64,000 bases of DNA, taken from contig JALNWK010000006.1 of the NCBI GenBank assembly GCA_023230925.1, positions 3,515 to 67,514 of the forward strand. Reading direction: 5' to 3'. Source of the DNA: Limnochordia bacterium. Its GTDB lineage: Bacteria; Bacillota; Limnochordia; DUMW01. Shown piece after piece: positions 57,435-64,000 of the stretch. Position 1 is the first letter of the stretch, and each line of letters starts with the position of its first letter. A program made the translations under genes and the position numbers. Below the pieces are notes generated by a model. The model saw only the letters and a program-made list of their open reading frames with translations. It searched no databases and was not told where the DNA came from.

Positions 57435-57675
57435 TATTCAGAAGGTATTTGTCGATCGACGTGGAAGTAATTACTTAAAATGGATTGGAGATGGATGGAG
57501 TCCACTGTCCTTATGGGCAAGGGGACGATCTCGGTCAGGTGTGTTTCCGGAATCTGTACCATGCCGGATAACTAGGCGGGCCGTTCTACTGGTTCATAGT
57601 CAATCTAGCATTGGGTGATTCGTGCTAGGTGAGTTGTGGCGGCTGCCTAATCGAACGTTTAGTGAAGGTGTTAGG

Positions 57676-58320
57676 ATGGACTATGCTGATTATTCCGTGG
57701 TTTTGACCAACGGGACGGTTTCCGATTTGACGTTTTACCGACCGTTCTTGGAGGAGGCAAATTTTATCATTGCCGCAGATGGGGGAGCTACTATCGCAAC
57801 AAGGTTAGGCGTGCGCCCATCGGTGCTTATTGGTGACTTTGATTCCCTTCCTGAAGAGGACCAAGACGTTCTTTCAGCTCAGGAGGTAAAGGTGATTAGG
57901 TATCCGGTCCATAAAGATAAGACAGATAGTCACTTGGCTGTTGAGTATGCTCTGAAACTATCACCAAGGAACATTATTATACTGGGGCCCTTGAGGGGCC
58001 GGCTTGATCATACTCTAGCTAATGTGGGCCTATTGTTTTTGATTCGCTCGGCTGGGAAAAAGGGTTATCTTGTGGATGAGACTAACTTCTGTCAGCTGAG
58101 TGGAAGTGAATGTTGGATTACAGGAAATATTGGACAGTTGGTATCTCTAATTCCTTTGTCCGAGGAGGTCAAAGGAGTATCTACTATTGGGTTGGGTTAT
58201 CCTTTAACGGGTTCTACGTTAAGGCGATGTGATTCCCTGGGGGTAAGTAACTTTCTTGTCGAGGCACAGGCACGGGTTGCGGTAACTAGTGGTGACTTGC
58301 TCATTGTCCAGGTTCGATAA
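57676..58320 (+). CDS. thiN: thiamine pyrophosphokinase
   Basis: VVLTNGTVSDLTFY...FIIAADGGA...LIGDFDSL TPK catalytic motifs. Same position as B. subtilis thiN (yloS) after rpe. Confidence 0.85.
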   Translation: MDYADYSVVLTNGTVSDLTFYRPFLEEANFIIAADGGATIATRLGVRPSVLIGDFDSLPEEDQDVLSAQEVKVIRYPVHKDKTDSHLAVEYALKLSPRNIIILGPLRGRLDHTLANVGLLFLIRSAGKKGYLVDETNFCQLSGSECWITGNIGQLVSLIPLSEEVKGVSTIGLGYPLTGSTLRRCDSLGVSNFLVEAQARVAVTSGDLLIVQVR

Positions 58321-58387
58321 GTCGCGAATGTCAACCGCGAGACAGTCTATTTTAACCTGTGGCATCAATATGGAAGGGGGAAGGAAA

Positions 58388-58546
58388 ATGCCAAAGAAGT
58401 GTAAAGATTGCGGCGCCGAGAGCCCAAACTGGGAGACTACATGCAAAAGCTGTGGAGCGGATTTTCCACCGTTGCTGAAGCAGGTTGAACCGGAGAAGAA
58501 GAAAAAAGGTCTGTTTGGTAAGCTATTCGGCAAAAAGGACGAATGA
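58388..58546 (+). CDS. small zinc-ribbon protein with Lys-rich amphipathic tail
   Basis: 52 aa, CKDCGAESPNWETTCKSCGA, a 2xCxxC zinc ribbon, then KKKKGLFGKLFGKKDE. GGAAGGGGGAAGG RBS. Confidence 0.5.
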   Translation: MPKKCKDCGAESPNWETTCKSCGADFPPLLKQVEPEKKKKGLFGKLFGKKDE

Positions 58547-58666
58547 GATCGGCTCGTATTTATTAGTTTCTATGGACTTAGCGTTTCATCACACGATGGT
58601 GTTCTACTGTGGGGTGAGACGCTATTATTTTTCGTGAGAACACCTTATGTACTGGGAGGTCCAGCA

Positions 58667-59932
58667 ATGCTGGTTAGAGATCCTATTCACGGGGACATTT
58701 ACTTAACGGAGGAAGAGACCCGGGTACTGGATACTGCCCCCATGCAAAGACTGCGGGGTATCAAGCAGTTAGGCATGGCGTACTTGGTCTATCCCGGTTG
58801 CATGCACACTCGTTTCGAACACTGCTTGGGCACTTTGGCCATGGCCCAGAGAATTCTAGAAGCCCTGATGCGTAATGGATATCGCATTTCCCAGGAAGAA
58901 CAGTGTCTAGTGCGTATGTCCGCCTTGGTCCATGATATCTCCCATATTCCCTTTGGGCATACCTTCGAGGACGAACGGGCGATTTTCCCCCGCCATGACT
59001 CCAAGGAACGGGTGATGTCGTTCCTTGAACGAGGAGACTTGCAGACTCTATTAGGTAAGTACGGTCTTCTGCAGCATGTCCTTTCGATTATCTTAAGACA
59101 GCCCAATAGTCCCTTTGCTCCCTGGGTGGGTGAGATCGTATCTAGTACTTTGGATGCGGATCTTCTGGATTACTTAAGGCGGGATGCGTATTACTCCGGT
59201 TTGTCTCAAACCTATGATGACCGCATCATCGATCATTTTGTGATTTGCGATGGGAAACTTGCGATAAACATGCAAAAACATGGGATGGATCGCCCCGATA
59301 TTCGCTCCGAAATCCTTCATCTGCTTCGCATGAGGTACGTCCTTACGGAACGGGTCTACTATCATCATACAAAAGTCGTAGCTGGCGCCATGCTCTCTAA
59401 GGCTTTGGAGTTAGCAAAAGTCGATGTAAGGGATCTGTACTCCCTGGGGGATTGGCAGCTTCTTGACTACCTTCTGCAGGTGAGTCGGTATAAAGGGATC
59501 CCAGGCGTGAAGCGGCTTGTTAAACGACTAACAAGCCGGGATTTACTAAAGCGGGCCTACGTGATATCGCTGGCTACGGTATCGCCACGCAAGCAAGCGC
59601 ATCTAATCTCCCTCTATTCTCATCCCCGAGGAATTAGGCTAAAGACCGAGCGAGAGATTGCAAGAAGCCTGGCACTGGAGGAAGATGAGGTTATAATCTA
59701 CTGTCCACCTAAGACTGCTCTGCAGGAGACAGCAGTCTTAGTTAACTCAGCGGCCGGTCTACGACCTTTGAACACACCTGGATTCTGTGAGGAAGCCAAC
59801 ATAGCGCTGCTGGAGAGTCAGTATGAAGCGCTATGGCGTCTGTATGTCTTTGCCCCGAAAGAAAAACGGGCCGACGTCCGGAGGATATGTCAATCCCTCT
59901 TCAATCTCCCTAGTGAGTATCAATTCAGCTAG
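58667..59932 (+). CDS. HD-domain phosphohydrolase (dNTPase-like)
   Basis: HTRFEHCLGT...HDISHIPFGHTFED HD motif. ATG at 58667 after a GGGAGG RBS. Confidence 0.7.
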   Translation: MLVRDPIHGDIYLTEEETRVLDTAPMQRLRGIKQLGMAYLVYPGCMHTRFEHCLGTLAMAQRILEALMRNGYRISQEEQCLVRMSALVHDISHIPFGHTFEDERAIFPRHDSKERVMSFLERGDLQTLLGKYGLLQHVLSIILRQPNSPFAPWVGEIVSSTLDADLLDYLRRDAYYSGLSQTYDDRIIDHFVICDGKLAINMQKHGMDRPDIRSEILHLLRMRYVLTERVYYHHTKVVAGAMLSKALELAKVDVRDLYSLGDWQLLDYLLQVSRYKGIPGVKRLVKRLTSRDLLKRAYVISLATVSPRKQAHLISLYSHPRGIRLKTEREIARSLALEEDEVIIYCPPKTALQETAVLVNSAAGLRPLNTPGFCEEANIALLESQYEALWRLYVFAPKEKRADVRRICQSLFNLPSEYQFS

Positions 59933-60007
59933 AAAAGCTGGTATTGCCAGCCGGAAAGGCCTGTTCGTTTAAGTGCCAGAATAGTATAATGGCCTTGGTA
60001 ATGGGGA

Positions 60008-61051
60008 GTGGAGATTGTGGAGAATGCAGTTAAGGTACGGAGAGTGATTTTCCTAGTTATCATATGTATAGCCTTAATAATTGGAGGGGCCTTCCGCTAT
60101 TTATCCTCTAATCTGGTGAATGCTCCAAAGACTGCTGTAATCCGGGAATTCCTGATGGATACCCTCGTAGAAATCCAGGTAGAGGAACATGATCAGGAAA
60201 AGGCGGTCTTGGCTATGGATAGAATGCGTAGCCTTGCCCTTGTGTTCGATCCTCACTCCGGTGATATAGCGCGGATTAATGATTCTTTTGGGCCTGTGCA
60301 TGTTTCCGATGAGGTCTATGAATTGCTAGAACTGGTTTTGGCCTATAGCCCGGTTACCCAAGGTGGGTTCAATATCACCATAGGAAGCTTGATTGAATTG
60401 TGGGGATTCACTGAGGACACCCCGTCGGTACCTGAGGCCGGTGTCCTTGCTGGCGTCGTATCCGAAATTGCTTCTTTTGGGTTTACCCTAGATCCCGAGG
60501 AAAAGACCGTGGCGAAATCCCATCCAAACATGAAGATTGACGTAGGCGGTATTGCCAAGGGATATATCGTCGATCAGGCAGTACTTATGCTTGCTGAGCA
60601 GGGTGTGCAGTCTGCTTTAATTAACGCGGGGGGAGACCTCTATGTCCTAGGAAGCCGTCCCCAAGGACATGATTGGCGGATTGCGGTGAGGCATCCCCGT
60701 GACCTAGGTGGTTTCTTAGGCACTCTAAAGATCAAGGACTGTGCAGTGGCAACTTCTGGGGATTACCAACGCTTCTTCATTGAAGACGGTCGGCATTACC
60801 ACCATATTCTAGACCCAGCCACAGGAATGCCGGCAAATAAGTGCATTAGTGTCACTATCCTTTCGAATTCAGTAACCTTAGCAGATATGTTGGCCACCAC
60901 AGTATTTGTCTTAGGGCCAGATGTAGGAATGTCATTAGTTGAAGGACTAGAGAACACAGAGGCGATCATTGTAGATCAAAAGGGCCGAGTGCTCCTGTCG
61001 TCGGGGATCGACAGTAGTCATTGGCCCAAGCAGATTGAGGTGGCGCAATGA
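60008..61051 (+). CDS. apbE: FAD:protein FMN transferase (ApbE family)
   Basis: N-terminal TM/lipoprotein-like anchor. ApbE motifs (MDTLVEI, GGIAKGY, GDYQRFF..HHILDPATG). Confidence 0.8.
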   Translation: MEIVENAVKVRRVIFLVIICIALIIGGAFRYLSSNLVNAPKTAVIREFLMDTLVEIQVEEHDQEKAVLAMDRMRSLALVFDPHSGDIARINDSFGPVHVSDEVYELLELVLAYSPVTQGGFNITIGSLIELWGFTEDTPSVPEAGVLAGVVSEIASFGFTLDPEEKTVAKSHPNMKIDVGGIAKGYIVDQAVLMLAEQGVQSALINAGGDLYVLGSRPQGHDWRIAVRHPRDLGGFLGTLKIKDCAVATSGDYQRFFIEDGRHYHHILDPATGMPANKCISVTILSNSVTLADMLATTVFVLGPDVGMSLVEGLENTEAIIVDQKGRVLLSSGIDSSHWPKQIEVAQ

Positions 61052-61593
61052 GTCGGGATCTCTTCAAGATGGTTAGGCTCGGTCTACTCCTTGGGTTGGC
61101 CATGGCCCTGTGGCTTCTTGAAGGTCTATTGCCCATAAATCACGTTATTCCCGGTGCTAAACTGGGTTTGGCCAATGTAGTCATACTGATCATAGTACTT
61201 CGCTTTGGCCTTAAGGAAGCGTTGATGATTAACTTATTGCGGTGCTTTATTATTTCCCTGTTTACAGGGACAACCTTTGGCTTTACTTTTGTTCTTAGTC
61301 TCGGTGGAGGGATATGCGCCGCGCTGGCTATGGGCGCCATCGGTCGGTGGGGAATGAAGCACGTTAGCGTCATCGGGCTTAGCATTGCCGGTGCCTTCGC
61401 CCATAACATTGCTCAAGTTATCTTAGCTTGTATCATGCTAGGGCATCGAGGTATTTTAGTATATCTACCATATTTTTTAGTTTTTTCTTTACCCACGGGC
61501 TTCTTTACCGGATTGGTGACCCATTACGTTCTACAGGCTACAGGTTGGCAGGATGTATTTCAGTCAGAAAGGGGCGGTGAGAAGAGTGCGTAG
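61048..61593 (+). CDS. Gx transporter family protein (HepS/ heptaprenyl diphosphate synthase component I-like)
   Basis: 5-6 TM protein, translationally coupled (ATGA) to apbE. Typical apbE-Gx-NusG_II cluster. Confidence 0.6.
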   Translation: MSRDLFKMVRLGLLLGLAMALWLLEGLLPINHVIPGAKLGLANVVILIIVLRFGLKEALMINLLRCFIISLFTGTTFGFTFVLSLGGGICAALAMGAIGRWGMKHVSVIGLSIAGAFAHNIAQVILACIMLGHRGILVYLPYFLVFSLPTGFFTGLVTHYVLQATGWQDVFQSERGGEKSA

Positions 61594-61996
61594 CTGTTTG
61601 TCACTCCTTAAGAAGGGGGATTTTGCCATTATGGGTATTGTGTTGTGTTCAGTGTTGATGTCCTTTGCTGCGCTGAATTCCAGGCAGGATGACAAGCAGC
61701 TGGAGATTATTGTAACGATCAATGGAGAAGAGGTATATCGCCAGCCGTGGTCTAGGGAGCAGACCTACACAATTGGTCTTAATTTGCCAAAGGGGGCTAA
61801 AGCCTTCTTAGATGTGACCCCAGAAGGAGTCCAGATGCAGCCTTTGCCCTTTGAGGTTTGTCCTGCCCAGATCTGCAGCCATATGGGGAGAATATCAAAA
61901 CCGGGGCAAGTTATCCTTTGTGTGCCCAATAAGCTCATTGTGGAAATAGCCCGGGTGGGATCCCTTCAGTTAGATATTGATGGAATTACAGAGTAG
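61553..61996 (+). CDS. NusG domain II-containing protein (DUF1312)
   Basis: N-terminal TM, then the NusG_II-like beta domain (EIIVTINGEEVY...VILCVPNKLIVEI). The true start is probably internal, at GTG about 61583 or ATG 61629. Confidence 0.55.
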   Translation: MYFSQKGAVRRVRSCLSLLKKGDFAIMGIVLCSVLMSFAALNSRQDDKQLEIIVTINGEEVYRQPWSREQTYTIGLNLPKGAKAFLDVTPEGVQMQPLPFEVCPAQICSHMGRISKPGQVILCVPNKLIVEIARVGSLQLDIDGITE

Positions 61997-62022
61997 TACA
62001 TATAGCTAGATATTGATCACTT

Positions 62023-63168
62023 GTGAGGGAGCGATATTCCATTAGCACAGTCATTTTGGTTAAAGCTAAAGACTATGAGCGACAGACAATCACAAAAGCG
62101 ATGGAGGAGCTTTTTGGTCATTTGGAGGAGCAGGGTTTTAGCCTCCTAGATACTAAAACTATGATTAAGCCCAATCTGCTTTGTGCTGCACCTCCCACCT
62201 CCGCGGTGTGCACCCATTTTAGTGTGATTCATGGGCTTGTTGAGCAGTTGCACAAAAGAGATATCTTTGATCTATCCCTGGGAGATAGCCCCGGCTTTGG
62301 TAACTTACAGCGGGTTGCCGAAGCAGCAGGAATTAGTCAGGTATGCCAAGAGACCGGGGTCAAATTGCAGAGACTCAGCCCTGGAGAAGAGGTCAGCGTT
62401 GATGATGGGAAAATGGTACGCCGGGTGGTTGTGGCAAGGCCAGTTGTAGAATCGGATCAAATAATAAATGTAGCCAAACTGAAGACCCATGGTTTAATGG
62501 GTTTTACCGGTGCGGTAAAAAATCTCTTTGGTTGCGTTCCCGGTAGTGATAAGGCTACGCTTCACTTTCGTTTATCCCACCGGGATCACTTTGCCGAAAT
62601 GCTAGTGGATTTGTACCTGCTCATCAAGCCTCGACTATCGATTATCGATGGGATTGTGGGTATGGAGGGTCAAGGACCTCGGCAGGGAAATCCCCGTCCC
62701 CTTGGGGTGCTCATCGCGGGTACAGACGCCGTTGCAGTTGATGCCGTTGCCTGTGCAGTAGTGGGGATCGATCCCATGTCTATTCCTACTATCTATTTGG
62801 CCGACAGTAGAGGGGTTGGACAGGGGAGATTGGAGAATATTAGGATTATTGGAGCAAACCTAGACGATGTACAGGTCAATGATTTTAGAAAAGCAGATAC
62901 CCAGGCAACCTTACGGGGCATACCGCAACCAGTAATGACATTGTTGCGCAAGCAACTTACATCAAGACCGTACATTATTGAGGAAAAATGCGTCGGTTGC
63001 GGTATATGTGTCCATTGTTGTCCGGCAGATACCATATTGCTCGAAAAGACAGCCCGCATAGTAGATTCTCAGTGTATTCGTTGTTATTGCTGTCATGAGC
63101 TTTGTCCCCAAGATGCGGTGGGCCTTGTTCCAGGGTTTCTTCAACGAGTCATTGGCTTATTTAGATAA
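62023..63168 (+). CDS. DUF362-domain protein with C-terminal 2x[4Fe-4S] ferredoxin domain
   Basis: DUF362 core plus CVGCGICVHCCP and CIRCYCCHELCP ferredoxin-type clusters. Confidence 0.65.
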   Translation: MRERYSISTVILVKAKDYERQTITKAMEELFGHLEEQGFSLLDTKTMIKPNLLCAAPPTSAVCTHFSVIHGLVEQLHKRDIFDLSLGDSPGFGNLQRVAEAAGISQVCQETGVKLQRLSPGEEVSVDDGKMVRRVVVARPVVESDQIINVAKLKTHGLMGFTGAVKNLFGCVPGSDKATLHFRLSHRDHFAEMLVDLYLLIKPRLSIIDGIVGMEGQGPRQGNPRPLGVLIAGTDAVAVDAVACAVVGIDPMSIPTIYLADSRGVGQGRLENIRIIGANLDDVQVNDFRKADTQATLRGIPQPVMTLLRKQLTSRPYIIEEKCVGCGICVHCCPADTILLEKTARIVDSQCIRCYCCHELCPQDAVGLVPGFLQRVIGLFR

Positions 63169-63214
63169 AAGGTATGCGACCGGGTGTGGTCGCATACCTT
63201 AAAAAGCAACTTAA

Positions 63215-63523
63215 TTACATTTCAGCTGGATTATGTGCGCTGGATATTTTGCTACCCTGTGCGTCTGGCTCGAGGCCAAAGCGAGGCTTCTGTCCGCTTG
63301 CGGCTTGGTTCATCAAGGATTGCTCGGCAGCAGCAATCATCCTACGAACCATATGTCCACCAACGGCACCACACTCTCGAGAAGAGATGTTGCCCCAGTA
63401 CCCCGACTGATACTCAGGGTTAATCCCAAGCTCCGATGCAACCTCGTACTTGAACTGATCAAGAGCCTGCAATGCACCGGTAACTACAGGTTGGTTCCTG
63501 CTGGTTTCCTGACCTAATGCCAT
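63215..63523 (-). CDS. alpha/beta-type small acid-soluble spore protein (SASP), extended C-terminus
   Basis: ATG at 63523 preceded by AAAGGAGGTGA. ALDQFKYEVASELGI and SRECGAVGGHMVRRMIAAAEQ match the two conserved SASP alpha/beta signature blocks. About 102 aa, longer than the typical 60-75 aa. Confidence 0.75.
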   Translation of the reverse strand: MALGQETSRNQPVVTGALQALDQFKYEVASELGINPEYQSGYWGNISSRECGAVGGHMVRRMIAAAEQSLMNQAASGQKPRFGLEPDAQGSKISSAHNPAEM

Positions 63524-63695
63524 TTTGTCACCTCCTTTCGGTCTTAGCATTACCAACGTTCTTCAACGCATACGAGTTAATTGTTACCGAAGTTAGGTTC
63601 CAAGTGGGTCTTTGGTCACAAAGCAGTAGAACGAAAAGTGGCGGACATACTTTGCACAGACCATTATAGGCTTAGATAATACGTCCTAGCAGACT

Positions 63696-63989
63696 TCATG
63701 TTAGTCGAAGGAGCTGTTGTAGCATTTTCGCATTTTGGACTGCCTTTCCCTGATAATGATTATTCATACTGACATATACCGTATCGGTATGGGCTTTGAG
63801 CCTCTCCAGTTTTGGTACCCACTCTCTAAGCTCCTGTTCAGTATATAGGTAATCGTATCTTTGGTAGGATTGCTCGTGCTTGTACCAGTGTTCTTTGTTT
63901 CGTCCATGGAATCGAACATACCCAATACTGGTTGTGGCCACAGCCAAGGCAGGTAACAACCCCTTAATCCGGGGTTGATCGACACACAC
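63696..63989 (-). CDS. DUF72 (YecE-like) family protein, C-terminal part (gene continues beyond window)
   Basis: IGYVRFHGRN...YVSMNNHYQGKAVQNA is typical of DUF72. The ORF runs off the window end. Confidence 0.5.
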   Translation of the reverse strand: MCVDQPRIKGLLPALAVATTSIGYVRFHGRNKEHWYKHEQSYQRYDYLYTEQELREWVPKLERLKAHTDTVYVSMNNHYQGKAVQNAKMLQQLLRLT

Positions 63990-64000
63990 AAAACCCAGTT

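Noticed and set aside
57435-57675. Possible TPP riboswitch in the 190-nt leader upstream of thiN (thiamine pyrophosphokinase)
   Set aside because: A fragment resembles the TPP P4-P5 region (GAAUCUGUACCAUGCCGGAUAAC). The diagnostic CUGAGA and ACCC elements and the P2 GGGG/CCC pairing are absent. thiN is not normally TPP-riboswitch controlled.
1-64000. CRISPR arrays, rRNA genes, transposases or integrases
   Set aside because: No regularly spaced direct repeats, no rRNA-like conserved stretches, and no ORF with DDE/tyrosine-recombinase motifs were seen anywhere in the window. tRNA-Pro is the only stable RNA gene identified.

Overview
This 64 kb window is a chromosomal segment of a spore-forming Firmicute, about 52% GC and probably anaerobic or thermophilic. 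The spore-former call rests on Spo0A and an alpha/beta-type SASP. The backbone is syntenic with the Bacillus lspA-rluD-pyrR-pyr operon and the 'ylo' region (Ca-ATPase, yicC, remA, gmk, rpoZ, priA, def, fmt, rsmB, rlmN, PP2C/PASTA-kinase, rsgA, rpe, thiN). Several unusual insertions sit in that backbone.

1. About 21.2-23.4 kb: an AT-richer islet. It holds a 690-bp ORF-free stretch, a small candidate toxin, a small acidic protein, and a translationally coupled SecB-like chaperone. This is consistent with a tripartite toxin-antitoxin-chaperone (TAC)-like module, which is rare in Firmicutes.
2. 48.1-57.4 kb: a complete Tad/Flp pilus locus inserted between rpe and thiN. It has two divergent Flp pilins, the prepilin peptidase, TadE/G pseudopilins, CpaB, a bona fide secretin (CpaC), a fused CpaE(TadZ)-CpaF(TadA) ATPase, TadB and TadC.
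3. 39.7-46.4 kb: an actinobacterial-style fhaA-fhaB-PP2C-rodA-pbpA-pknB cluster in place of the simple Bacillus prpC-prkC pair. An actinobacterial-type mIHF lies next to gmk-rpoZ at 27.9 kb.
4. 36.1 kb: a Spo0A homolog embedded between rsmB and rlmN.
5. 9.6-10.3 kb: ccdA broken by at least three frameshifts.
6. A ykkC-family (probably PRPP subtype) riboswitch-like leader with an intrinsic terminator upstream of purM-purN-purH-purD.
7. An orphan solute-binding protein fused to a ConA-like (DUF1349) domain.

Also present: pyrR-pyrB-pyrC-pyrF-pyrK-pyrD, purE, an ABC-2 transporter pair, RqcH/FbpA, a TPR protein, the DUF116 plus Zn-metallopeptidase pair, tRNA-Pro(CGG), an HD hydrolase, and the ApbE/Gx-transporter/NusG_II/DUF362 cluster.

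Gene starts were refined from the six-frame track using RBS and N-terminal conservation and are approximate in several places.
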